This document shows, in pieces, positions 12,973-25,920 of a stretch of DNA of 64,000 bases; position 1 is the first letter of the stretch, and the number at the start of each line of letters is the position of its first letter. This DNA is from Harriotta raleighana (Eukaryota). The stretch spans positions 1,472,366-1,536,365 of the forward strand of contig JBNZDD010013610.1 in the NCBI GenBank assembly GCA_050575255.1, read 5' to 3'. The notes beneath the pieces were generated by a model that saw only the letters and a list, made by a program, of their open reading frames with translations, made no database searches and had not been told where the DNA came from. The position numbers and the translations under genes are program-made.

Positions 12973-15900
12973 GTGAACAGTGAAAAGCAACTGTATACCC
13001 ACTGTAAGTGATAGAGGAGACACAATTTCATCCATGGCAGTGTTCCATTTTGGGCCCAAATCTCAGTTAAATTGGATATATCGTTACCAGCACAGTTGAG
13101 ACTTTCGTGACATGTGGTCCCTTTAAGTATTCATGCAGTGCCACTTTGATATTTAAATTAAGTGGTGAGAATATAGGGCTCCCGAGGAGCTGCTGCCCAC
13201 TCGCCCGCCAAGATCAGTACATTTTAATTAACTATACACTAATGCGACATAAGACTGAATAAAATGCCTAAAATGAAAAGGCAACTGGCTTGGCGTTTTG
13301 GATAAGGAGTGGAATGTGACAAAGTGCCACAATGGTAAGCGGGTAATATTGCACCAGTTAAATTAAATAAAGCCATATCTTTAGAAATGGTAGCAATTGC
13401 CTGAAATGTGTCTTTGTTATGCTGGTGACATCATTACTCTACCAGCAGAACAAAACTGATGGGGTTTCACTTCCAATTACTTTCCATAGGAGGCAAACCT
13501 CATTCACAATTACTCTCAACAGCAACTTGCAGCAACCCGTTCTTATTCTGTACCAGATAACCTAATGAAATTATTGGCTGCAGCTGCCTTTAATAGCATG
13601 TGTAACTGCTTGGGTACATAACTGGCAGTGGACGCGGAGTTTGTTTTGGAAGCTTAGGTCGTGGATGAAGTTTGGAATTGGAAGTTAACTCATAAGTCAA
13701 AGAGCCTGAATGCCTTTCAAAGGTTTTGCCTACCAAATGACCAGGATAAATTTTAAAGGTGGTTTTAAAAAAACTATGATGGAAACTTGCAATTAAAAGC
13801 AGTCAACAGCCTCGCTCTTTCTTGCCCTCAGTAGTGAGGTGTTCTCATTAGTGAGTTTGCTCACTGTCAGTTTTGAATGAAAGAAAGAGCAGACTGTGGA
13901 AAAAGTGATTGTGTGTTGCCCTCATTACTGAGATGCCCACAAGGTGAGGTTCTGCAACAATTAGATCTATGGGTATTATTGAATATGAGAATGATTTGCT
14001 TGCAACAAATTTAATCTTAAAGCGTTGCCAAACTGAGCTGTAGAATTGCCAGGTCTAAGGTAAAGGAGATAACTGTAGCTTTAATTATTTATCCAGCACA
14101 TTGAAATACACGTGTCTTGTTTTCAGATGTCTTTACATAGCTTTCATTCAGAGAGCTCTTTATTAAGGGCTCACACTCACATCTACGTTATCTCTCCTTC
14201 AAAGTTAGCTTGGTTTTATATTTTTTTCTTATAGACCACCAAGTGTTAAATTGATTGCATCGATATCATTGCTCTATCAAACCAACTGGCCCTGTGTCTT
14301 TTCAAAAGATTACATGATTGTTTGCCTGACCTGTGCAAGTTGAGTTGAAAGTTATCAATACCTAAACACTACAGCAGGTGTTCTCAATCAATACGGTTAT
14401 GACAATGTCCCAAGAAATGAAAAAATCACTCTAGTGTCAGTACTACGTCATGGAATGTTGTGCGGATTCACAATTTTCTCACAAATGTACATTATTTATG
14501 TGCCAAACAATCTTGACAAATGCTGTGTGTGTGTTGTGTATGCATGCCCACAGTGAAAATAAGCACATATTCTAATTTTTTTTAAACCAATCTGTGAGAT
14601 TGTCCATTATAAGGGAATATTTTAATGCAACCCGTCCACCTCAAAAACTGGTACAGATTCTGGTTTTAAATTCATTCAGCTTTGACCTAGACCTTTCCTT
14701 ATTCACTGTTCCTCATGCTCAGTATATTGTGCAGCTTTGTTTTGATGAGAATTTATCTCTAATCTAAGATGATCAATGCCCTGTATTTTACTAGGGGAAA
14801 AAAATGTGTAAACAAGGCCACTTTTTCCATTGTCCTTTTGCACCTATTTATGACAGCTTTGCAGTCCAATCTTGTAGGATTGCAAGAAGCCAAAGAGTCA
14901 TTAATTTTTATCTGTGACTGTCTGTAGGTTTTAATTCATCCTCACTGCTTATGGCGCTACCAATTATATGTCATAAGTGGTTGTATATGCTGGAATAGCA
15001 GTAGGCTGATGAATCACCACTGCACCCATGATTAGTATGCACAAGGCTGCACACTACTAAAACATCTGGCATTCCAATGACCCTGAGCCAGCCTGGTCAA
15101 GAGGACTGGACAAGAATTCAATATGGATTGCTTTAATTAAGCTCCTAAGCACACAAATGCCAAGAAACAACTCCATCATTTAGACAAACTCTGGGGAAAA
15201 AAATGAAGTCTGCAATGGAAGAAGCATTGGAAAAAATAGAAGCTTTTTATCCCTGATATTTCTCCTCCGACCCTTACATTCTAATTTAGTGGAGGTTCTG
15301 CGATTTCTTGCCTATCCATTTAGCTCTTTTATTGAAGGACGGTAAATGATTTAAATACCGAATGCATTTTTCTGTAATGCCTCTTTGCTTTTCTAATATC
15401 TATCAAAATAATAATTTTGGTTGCATTCCTTTTGAATTGCGTGAAACGTTATGATTTTCAGGAGAGAGAGAGAGAGGGAGAGTAAGGCAGACGGCTTCTG
15501 CCTGGACTTGTGTGTGTTCGATTTTCTCCTGTACATCTGAATTTAGCGTCTGTCAGTTACAAAGGCACTGAACTTGTCTTTAAACATGGGTAGAATCCAG
15601 TTAGTGGGTAATACACTATAATAGGCTGATCAATACTCATTATGACCTAAATGTCTGACCAAAGATACAACTGTATATATTGGAAATACAGCGGCCAAGG
15701 CTAGGTGCCTTATTCCACCTGCTCTTCTTTATTTTCTGTTGCAGGTCACTATCAGTGAATGGTCATTCTTCATTAACGTGTTACTAAAGTGCAGCATTTG
15801 GATTGTCTGTAACATTCCACCATTGCATTCCCCAGAATAGTCAGCCTCGTGGCCTATACAGGCTAGAGGCTGTACAGTACGGTATTTAGATTTTTTTTCC

Positions 15901-17268
15901 CGAAAATAAAGTCAAAACATCCCCTGCTCATTGCGGTGGAAGACTGTTCTGTTAAGAGCGCCACAAAAGGATCAACTTGATTTAAGTGCGTAGTTTTGCA
16001 GTAAATACACTCCACCCGCATTCAAGTAGCAGATTAATGGTCCACATTCCCACCTTTTCCTAATGCTAATGCACTCATTATTTGTCAAAATGTGTCACTT
16101 TCCCAGCTCTTGCGTCACTTAACCCTACAGGCGATGCTGTGTTAAACTCTTTAGTACCCTATTTATACTTGTGCTAGAAATTCAGATTTGTTTTGAATAT
16201 CTAGGAGGCTCCCAACAACTGAGCACGTGTCCCTGCGAGGTAGATGTAATGACACCGGTTAGATTTTTTCCAATTTTGTGTGAGATGTTTAAAAAGAAGG
16301 AAGTTCACAGAGTAAAGCAAATCACACAGACCTTGTGGACTTAAATGTATTTGTCCATGGGTAATTGAAATAGAATAATTCCCATTTCATGCCCCCCCCC
16401 ACACTGCATGTACGCACACACGCACTCACACACATATACAAAATAACTCCTAGCCCAAATAAACTGGGAGGCTTCAGCCTAAAGATAATTGTCTTGGATG
16501 GGGTGTTCTCGAGGTTTTGTAAGATGAGATAGGGAAAGGGAACCTACAAGAGAATACTTTGAGATACACTACTGCCACTTGAGAAGAGTACATGAGTCAG
16601 GGTTTTGGAGAGCAATTTCAGGACAACCCCAGGATGTAGTTCTTTGCACATTATGTAATTCCCAGTTGGAATTAGTTACCGGGACTTAAGTACAATGGAC
16701 TCTTCCAAAATAGCTTGTTCAATCAGTAACAATGTAAGTTTGGAAAGAGGAAATCAAATGAGAACTTTATTAGATGGGAAGATAAATATCTCAACAACAA
16801 GTTTCACCACATTACGTAAATAAGGGGTCTCCTTGTGAATTGCGGTATTGGTTGTGTGACAATCTTGGGGTGAAACATTTCCTATACGAGATGAAACGCA
16901 GACTGGTACAGTACCTTTCAGCAAACCTGTTAGCAGTGATGCCACAATTTCCTAATTCTGCACAGAAAGCTGTTAGCAGAGTGCATTTTACCCCAAACCA
17001 CTTTATCTTACTTCACTTTTGCAATTGAAGTATTAGTATTCCTTAATAAGGATTTTGTTGTTGTTGCAGAGAGGACTTAACAATAAGCAAGGCCCAATGC
17101 TCCACAGTGGCTATTTGAGAGAGATCGCAATAGCTATTTCATTTGTCTTAAAACATAGAGATTTGGTGGTTGGAACCTTTTTGTCTGTGTTCCAAACTGG
17201 TAAACATGGGATAATCTGTGCAGGGGTGATCTGAAACTGACAAAAAGGGGAGCGAGAGTTAGCACCCA

Positions 17269-17410
17269 TAATAATGATAATAATAATCCTTGCATTTGAT
17301 TTAAAAGATAAATAAACTTAATGTAGTAAAAAGGTCTTATCACATTGTTGAGATGTCTTTGAATATATAAAATATAAAGCGAATTGACTGTATTTTGTTG
17401 GGGAAATGTG
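17269..17410 (-). mobile_element. SINE 3' tail fragment
   Basis: (aat)n-ccttgcatttgat ... cttatcacattgttgagatgtct..gaattgactgtatttt, with a short AT-rich interruption. Confidence 0.7.
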
Positions 17411-18519
17411 TAATGTCCTCATGTGTAAGTTGATTGACTGGACCCTAATTGAAGAGATGTCATGTGATTTACATTGGGGTATTGTGTGTTTTCATATCTG
17501 TGAATACAAGGGTCTTGTTTCCATGAATTTGCAGTTGAATTTCTGTGACGCACGCAGTCTTTCCTGCCTGTACTCAACGTTCCAAATTGTCCTGCAGAAT
17601 TAGTTGTTCTCTGAGCCATTATTTTTTGTGTGTTTTTTTTTGATCGGTGAAGCGATTTGAAGTTAATTAACACCTATTTCCCTAGAGACGCTGAAATACT
17701 CTTGTTGGTGCAATTGAAGAGGATCAAACTCACCGTTCTTCCCCTTTCCCCCCACCCCACCACGATTCACCCTTCTTTTCTACCCTCCCCCAAACCTCCA
17801 GATTTCAACAGAAAAACACTCTCGTTCTTTCCCAGAGTATAGGAAAACTTAAAAACAAGCACATGTTCCCAAAGCAGACTGACTTGATGTACAGAGGCCA
17901 TTTTGGATATAAGGCAGATGGTAAAAGTTGACAGAGGCATGTCGTGTTAGTGGAAGCCTATGCAAGAAATATGAAGGATTAAATGTTGAAGGGTGGGGTG
18001 CTAGTGAAGGTCAATCTCAGAAATATTACCACTATTATTCAACCAAAGAGTTTTTATTGTGTGGATGTATTTGTATGTCATTGTTTGCTCAGGCTGTTTA
18101 ACCTCTATTCAAAATAATGTGTGTTTTTTAAACAAAAACTGTATCTTTTGCTTCAAAGTATGTAGTTGTAGAATACACAAAGTACTGCATTTTATGCCGT
18201 GAAATTTGAAATTTATTTCGCCCGTGAATGCTCAGAGTGCTGCTGGCCTGTGAAATACATCGAAATTCCACTGCTTAAAGTATAATTTTCTATATTATAG
18301 TGTTACACTTTTAAGTTGTGATGTGCACTATTCGGGGGGATATCCAACCTACTCGATGAAGTTTCTAAGCTACCGCTGTATCCATACCAGTAATCAGTCT
18401 TCTCTCTGATAGATTGGGCAGCACACTAGCTGGACAATAATGCTAAACATTGGTTAAATGACAGGGATGTTACTCTTTGCTCCAATTAAACTACACTGAA
18501 AGGGATGGGGCAATTTGTG

Positions 18520-18735
18520 CACCATTACTATTTGAAAAGAGAAGGGAATTTCCCAGTGTCCTGGCCAAGAATCCACCAGCTAAAATCGATGTTTGTGGGA
18601 CATCACTTGCTCAAATTAGCTGTTGTAATAGCCTACAAATACACAGTCACCATTCTTTACAGTAAAATCCTGCACATTGACATGTTTCAGCAACGTGTTA
18701 AAGTGCTGTTTTAATGCAAGGGTTGTATTATTATA
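18520..18735 (+). mobile_element. Deu-domain SINE 3' half
   Basis: actatttgaaaagagaagggaatttcccagtgtcctggccaa..tgtttgtgggacatc..caaatacacagtca..aatgcaagggttgtattatt. Confidence 0.75.
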
Positions 18736-19489
18736 TACAGTATATATAAATTTATTTCCTTTTTACTACATTAAATTTATTTATCTTTTAACAATAGAAC
18801 ATCACCCTACAGAACGTTATTTAATCCATTTTTGAATAAACTTAATCCCCAGATTTCCAATTAACACATATGTGCTAAAGCCATTTTATTTACAGTTTCT
18901 TCCATCATTTCCTCACCTCTGTCAGATCTGAAACAATGGAAGCTGTTTTTACTCCTGGCGTTGCAACTTTCTGCGGTCACAAAGACTTTTTAACACATAA
19001 CCAACTCTTAAAGGCAATGGTCTGCTTAAAGTACCTGTTAACCATGTAAAATGTTGCCACGTACAGTATAATTGTCATCTTGAGTGTCCGACCATCTCCC
19101 TCAGAGGATGGTAGGGGGTAATTTGAGAGGAAACCATTCGCACAGTGAGCAAAGAGTTCTTACAGGTTTATCAAAAGGTTCCTGGATCAAGCACAAGATT
19201 TTTTACAAAGCAAATATGATTTTGCTACTTTCTTTGCTGGTAAATGAAAGTCCATATTTTTAGCACTACTTTTTATTTAAATTTAAATTTGGTTCAATCT
19301 TTCGTCATCATACATGTGTTAGCCGAGCATTTTTACATTGCTGTCTCGCTCGAGCTCACGCTGTCTTATGTTCTTAAACATTTCTAAGGTTGTGTCAAAG
19401 GAGGCGCAGTGCTAGCCATTGGCTCACTGTGTGACATTCACAGAGCATTCCAGTTCACAGTCATCATTTTAATAGTGGACCTGAGATAT

Positions 19490-19527
19490 GTTTCCATGTG
19501 AACCGACCATCACGTTTCCGTAGCAAC
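19490..19527. promoter_or_regulatory. Two adjacent RFX X-box-like sites
   Basis: GTTTCCATGTGAAC (19490-19503) and GTTTCCGTAGCAAC (19514-19527) in a repeat-free block. Confidence 0.45.
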
Positions 19528-21564
19528 AAGAGGAGTACCACTACATGGATGAATTTTATATAGCAAAGCCTTGCACCTAAGCACTAATGATAAGATTCAG
19601 CAGTTTTATTGCATAAAATTAATGTAAACAAGCATCAAATAACCCAAGACACTTTCATAATTGATTAATGCAGCCTGCAGAAAGTTCCATTACCTTTTGT
19701 TTAGCTCAAGGGATCTGACTCGCTGGAATCCATCGCTGAAACTAATTACAACATATAATTAAACTGTGACATGAAGATATTATACCGTTAGTTTACTAAT
19801 GGCACTGGTAAACCATACAGTGGCTCAAGACAGTAATTATGCCTCATATATTATTTATCCTTTTGCTAAATGAGCCCCTGACATTTTCAAAAAATTACTT
19901 CGGGCTTGTTAATTGCTGGAAGCAGCCCTTAATGTTAAGAGAAGTCCAGTTTTGTATTTTTTTTAAATTATAAAAACAACAAAAATCTCCTAAGATTGCA
20001 GTGACACACACAGCTCATCTATTTCTGATTGAATCCTACAGGAAATGCTAACATTTAAAACCAGTTTACACCAATTGTTTTTGTTGGACTGCCTTGTCGT
20101 TTAAATTCATTAAGACATGGTTTACAACAGGTGCTTTTTTTTTACACACACACACATACAGGACTGGTCTGTAACCTTTCAATAACCCCGTGAGTAATGC
20201 TATCTGCCGACAGTCATCAGATGCACTGGCAGTCCACTTGAGACGCATTTTAATTTCTTATGAGTGTAATGGCATCCAGGTTTCATAATTATGTTTTTCT
20301 TCTGTACTGATCAAATACAGCTTTAACGGCTTACTGATGCCGAGCACTCAGCCAAGCTCCATAACAGTAGGAAGGACAGAAGCCAATGTCACCAAGTGAG
20401 ATTCAAAACTGCAATACTCAATGCCTTTGATTTGTGTGCCCATTGCTTAAAGAAGCAAGCTGGGACACTTAGAATTAGGTGCGATTTTCACGCTTAAAAT
20501 TGTAGTAAAGCATACGGCAGAGATTAGCAATGACTAGCCTTCTGTGCACTGGTAAAGGTGATGGGAAGCTTTCATCCTGTGTGTGATCCCTGCAGGCAGG
20601 AGTGAGGAGGGGAAGGGGGAAGGGGGAGTATGATTGTGGTAAGCATTTGGCGATTTCAGAGCGGCACTTTGTTGACGAAAGCAAATTTCTCATGCAGTGT
20701 GATGTTTCAATATGATATTGTTTTAATTTTAAAGAGAGAGCGAATTTGTCAGGAAATCATCTTTATTCCAATTAAAGGCATGTTTAAAGAAGTGGTATAA
20801 GGAAGAGCATTTCGTGGTTTGCATGTCGTCTGGACGCTGAGTGAAGCTTGTGTCTGGATACTCCTGGCATCTCCCTTCACGCACGTCAACTCGGGTGCTT
20901 GCTGCACATGCTTACATCAGCTTCAATTGGAGAAATCACTGCTGCGTGAACTCTTGCTGGGACCAAACAGGAAGAGGATGATTTTTTTTTGTATGTAGAA
21001 CGCATGCATTGTTTACCTCGCACGCGCTGCTTCTCAGTGAACGGAATGGCAAGTGGAAGCTCATCAGTTTTCAAATGGAGGTGGACTGACAAGCACACGG
21101 GACTCTCATTCCACACTGCCAGCCACCAGTGCCTATGTACAGCCATTTGCAACCAATGATTTGTCATGCATAGACTCTGGCACATCTACTCTGCGATAAC
21201 CCATCACACTTGTCTCCTGCTAGCTCAAAATATAAAATAATAAAAATACAGGCAGCCCTGCTGCTCAGTACAAAGCTGCGGTTGGCAAATGCTGTCCCTA
21301 GAAAACTAAAGAAGAGGCACCTTTCTGCCCGTAAAAATCTCACTAGCTTCAGAACTTGACCAGTCCACTCCAACGGGCTTGACAAAAGACAACCAACTTT
21401 ATGTGACATTGTGTTTAGTTGGAAACCAAGTGCTTTAAAACCCATGGAATCTGAAATTGGAGCTGAGCATTGTAGCTTGCAATGCTAATTACAGTCCTTA
21501 CGTTTGATGCATCCCCATATCACGCAGTTGCCACATCCAAAAGCACTTTCTGGGATTTTCCCGG

Positions 21565-21852
21565 GAGCACTCCACTTACTAGCGAGAGACCTGGGTTCAG
21601 TTCCAGACAGGGCAAAACATTGGGCAAGTTTCCTTATTCCACATGCCTGATAATAATCCCTCAAAAAAAAATTGGTCATTTCAATCCTCAACTGTTTGTG
21701 GGACACTGTTGTGCTCAATTGGCTGCCATGTTTCACCCACAAATATACCGTCAATTCACTTTACAGTATATTTTGTGTGAAGTACTTTGAGACATCTAGA
21801 AGTCGTGAAAAGCACTATATCAAATTCGAGGATCAGTATTACTATTATTATT
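21565..21852 (+). mobile_element. Young tRNA-derived SINE (C. milii SINE2-like), 5'-truncated
   Basis: gagcactccacttactagcgagagacctgggttcagttccag..ttgggcaagtttccttattccacatgcctgataataatccctcaaaa..tail gtgaaaagcactatatcaaatt..(att)n; closely similar to copies at 33.9 and 38.7 kb. Confidence 0.9.
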
Positions 21853-22800
21853 CTTGTGAAGTGCAGTGCCTGTGTATTTGTGAGAGAGCTCAACAAAGAC
21901 ATTGAGAGGCAGACCTAAGAGGGGAGGTAGCAGTATTGGTACATGGCTTTGCTTTGGGACTTTACTGCTATTAGCCTCGGGATCATCATTGGTGGAAGTA
22001 ATTTTTGATGTGCCATTTTGCAGTTGTATTTTTGATTGAAAAAAGATTTATGAGGAGTTGGCTTGGCAGATATACTATTTTTCCTCATGCAGCTGGAGGG
22101 GCTGGGTGGGAGTAGAAGTAGTGCTGGGATCTTTTGATCTTTATGGGTGAGGTTAAGAGAATTTGCCTTCACTACGTGAGCTGTGACTCTTTAGCAGCTC
22201 TATAGATTGGAGCTTCATCAATATAGTTGTTTTTTTTTGGTGGGGGTTGGTGTGGGTAGGGAGAGGAGGGGGAGAAATGGTGGAAGGAGAGGAAGGGAGT
22301 TTCCATGTCTGCTAGTGTTTGTTAAAATAAATTGCAAAGTTAACACTTCATATGGTTTTGGCTGGTTGTATGTTCAGACTGATTGTTTACTAAAATCCTC
22401 GCAATTTCCAGCCAGATTAAAGCAAATTAAATATTAAAACAAACTAAACATGTTTCCAGGCACCACCTGGGGCTTGTGAATCAAGTTGAATCGCGTCACC
22501 ATTTATGAAATTAAAGCTTCAAAGGCTGTGCCAGCAATGAGTCCTGCAAAAGCACCTTCTTTTCAAAAATAAAACTGAGCCCTCTAAAAGGTGGTTTATT
22601 CTTATCCCAGCCCCAAAAAGTAACTACTTTTATGGTTCGTCCACTTGAAACCAAATGGCAATATTTGCTTTTTGGACGTCCAAAAGGAAATTTTCACTAT
22701 TTCAATATGAAGTTGAACCCATTCCTGATTAAATATTGCTTACAAGGTCGGCCTGATCGAATAGTCCAAATTAAGATCGCTCAGCCAGATTTACATTTAT

Positions 22801-22937
22801 CTGTGTGCAATTGGCTGCTTCGTTTCGCCCACTAAATACACAGTCAATCCAATTTAAAATATATCCTGTGACATGCTTTGAGACTTCTCAGTGACTTGAT
22901 AAGGCACTATATCAAATGCAAGGATTTTTATTATTAT
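22801..22937 (+). mobile_element. SINE 3' fragment
   Basis: tgtgtgcaattggctgcttcgtttcgccca..aatacacagtcaat..tgataaggcactatatcaaatgcaaggattt(att). Confidence 0.85.
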
Positions 22938-23416
22938 CCCTACAATGTGTTTCTCCAATATTCCTCATTTTAACTGTCACAGCTGTGGCCTGGTTCTCAA
23001 ATAGGTTTATTTGTGTTCCTGTATTATTATTTTTTTTAAATTGTAAGAACCCCGCACAATCCACGTGGAATAAATCTTTTACAGAGCCTGAAAAGGCAGT
23101 GTCTCCTCAGTTTACTTTAATTTAGTTTTGTTTTCTGGACAACAGCTTTTGTTACCCCTCACTCAATTCTTCTCCCTCAGTCTTTCTTCAGTCTTCTCTC
23201 TGGAACCATTTTGTGTAAGATTTATTCTCGGAAATCCAAGAGGAACTTTCTGACTGGGCTAATAATAGGGGCAGCTGGATTGTAATAATTGCTCTTTGGA
23301 AATCCTAGACTGGGGACAGAGAAAAAATTATCTGCCCTTCCTGCTCCTGAGAAATCTTAAAATCTATCTATGTTTGGAAATAGTTTTTCTTTGCAGTTCC
23401 AATGTTCTGCAAAATA

Positions 23417-23480
23417 AATTTACAGCACAGAAGAAGGCCATTCGTCTAATCGTGTCTGCGCTGGCTCTTCGAAGAACAAC
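23417..23480 (-). mobile_element. CR1-type LINE 3' tail fragment
   Basis: atttacagcacagaagaaggccattcgtctaatcgtgtctgcgctggctctt. Confidence 0.7.
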
Positions 23481-24545
23481 TTTCTGTCCCATTTATCTAC
23501 CTTTTTCTTTCTGTATCCCAAAGGGACGTGTTCCTCAAGAGGTTTGACTGACTTAAATCAAGCATCCCATCACCTAGAATACTGGCATTTTGTTGTTAGC
23601 GCTGCTTATTATAATGAAAGCAGCTGTAATGGACCACTTGTGGCTCACAACACAGTCAGTCTAACCTGGTTTGCAGCGCTTGTAACTTTCAGGTTTTATG
23701 GTATGTTTACTCAAATGGTCTTGCTGCTTAATGTTTCCCCCTTTATTGCAAGGGTTTCTTTGAGGAGACATCGATAGCAATGGCTGTGATGCTCATAAGG
23801 ATTGCACACTGCAGTTTTGTAGCAAATCTCCATAGGTTTAAGAACTGAAATTGGAGAAGTGCAAATGTTCAGAATTGTTTGTTGTTTGTGTGTTTGTACA
23901 TGTTCGTGTATGTGCCCTGTTGTGTGTGTGATTGATTCTCATTGTCTTGAAGTAAAAGGAAATGTGGATTCCGAATTTAAGAATTTAACGTAGTGTTACA
24001 ATGGCCATGAAGCGAAACATGTGAAACATTTCATGATTTTTTAAAATGATTTGGGGTAATTCATTCGTCCAGAAAGAAAAGGGGCTGCTTCCTCTGTTCT
24101 CATTTTGAGATGGTGCAGCAGAAAGGCACAAAAGTTTACATCCCTGATATAGCAACCACATTTTGCAGATGTTATCAGTTCAAGTGATGTACAAGGAGCA
24201 GCAATGTCAGTGCTGCTAATTTGGTGTGTTTGCTGTTTTAGATATTCAGCAGGCAGGTTGCCCAGCTTCCAGATTAGTTTTCATGTGATATGACATGTCG
24301 TATCACTTAGTAAGATTGACGTGGTGTCTGTGTTCTAAGATGCATTATTTAAAGTGTAAAGCTATCAGAGATCTGTAGCACTAATTACTTCTAAAGGTAT
24401 ATTAATCACACGACACTTTAATATGCAATCAATACATTAATCTGTCATTGACCTTGAAGAGAATCTTGACTTTAACTGTAGGTGTCCCGGCAGATCAACA
24501 ACACTACTTCTGCTAAATAAAAGCTGGAAAGAATTATCAAAAGGA

Positions 24546-24790
24546 GCCAGCTCTGTGCTAACTGCAGTCAGGGCTGCACTTCCAGAGTCACAGGTTCGAG
24601 TCCAGGTGAGGGGAGAAGACATTTGGATTTGCATGGCTAACTGAAATGTGTATAGTGAGTATACAGCTTGACATGTGTTTGCTGGGTCATCTCAACTTGA
24701 GATCACAAATGGTAGCCCATTAGCCTAATTGCTCCGGGGTGCTACCTGCGTGAAGGGCACTATATAAATGCAAGTTGTTGCTGTTGTTGT
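24546..24790 (+). mobile_element. Third tRNA-SINE type with L2-type (ttg)n tail
   Basis: B box ggttcgagtcc at about 24593-24603; body unlike the two main SINE families; 3' end gcgtgaagggcactatataaatgcaagttgttgctgttgttg. Confidence 0.6.
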
Positions 24791-25871
24791 CGCCCACTCA
24801 AACTTGCAGGCAGGTCTGGTTTTTGAATGCAGTAAGGCCTTGCATTTTGTTTTAAAGTTGTAATAATTTTTTCTCGGCAACTTACGTAGGTTCTGGATAC
24901 TTGTGCGAGCATGTGTGCTGGAGACAGGTGAGATTATGGTGACAGTAAAGACTGTGCTGGCAGCAATGGACCTGTACATTGTGCTGTCGAAGTGCTATTC
25001 ACTAAACTTTAATGATCGGCAAAGGGACACTTTGCAGGGAATCGAATTAAAGGAACTTCAACCTCCTTTTATTGACCCACAAACAGTACAAGTGCCACAC
25101 TACATTGCTATTGATTTCCTTTCGTACGGCATGGCTGTTCTTTCCTTAATGCCCACATGACAGCAAGAAGGGAGATGTCATTTCGGCCCCCCAACCTTCC
25201 ACCTCCCCCATTTGAGATGCAGTTCCACCTTGGGTCATTTTCCAGACCCAGATGTATACCTGAAAGAAGCAAGAACGCGATCGATAAACAAAGACCGCTG
25301 GACCTTGGTCAGCATGCTCAAGGATGCTCCTTAGTTCAACCCTATTCTTCTATGACTTGTCTTTTTGGTGCAGTTGCTTACCTCTAGTTCTGTTGTCGAT
25401 ACACACGTGCTTTTATTGTCTATAGTGGATGCTTTTTCATTGGGTCCTTGGCCATCACAAGAATTATGTTGGAGTCCCCGGTAGGCGCTGATGACACAAA
25501 TCCTATGTTTCCAGTTTGTGAGCCCATCATCTTGCTTCTCAGGTAGTGAGTGGGCTCAGTCACCTGGTAAATGTGTTTTACAAGGTGCACAATTCTAAAA
25601 GTCTTTATTTTAGGGTTTAATTAAACTACGTGGTGACCAGCAGTGATGTTGAGCTGCCAATTCTGCCTGTCACCACACAATGTAACTAAATCCTAAAATA
25701 AAGACACAGGAGTCTCATGTCTAAACTACCACAGTTTCGGTATTCGTTGGCATTTGCCATTTACTACATCAGCCGCTAAAATCGCAATCGACATCTTAGA
25801 ACATCAAGAAGTACCCCGTCAAAGCTCTGCTCCTGTTCAGGCAAGTCCACAGAGAGAAAACATAACCTGGG

Positions 25872-25920
25872 AACAACAACAACAACTTGCATTTATATAG
25901 CACCCCTCACACAGGATAGG
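25872..25920 (-). mobile_element. L2/SINE 3' tail, (ttg)n type
   Basis: aacaacaacaacaacttgcatttatatagcacccctcac. Confidence 0.7.

Noticed and set aside
15725-15840. Possible exon after strong acceptor ttttctgttgcag
   Set aside because: The frame examined ends in a stop, the peptide is unrecognisable and no clear donor is evident; a non-coding exon cannot be excluded.
19185-19196. 12-nt match to the miR-218 5' end on the minus strand (ttgtgcttgatc)
   Set aside because: The rest of the mature sequence and a precursor hairpin are absent; chance match.
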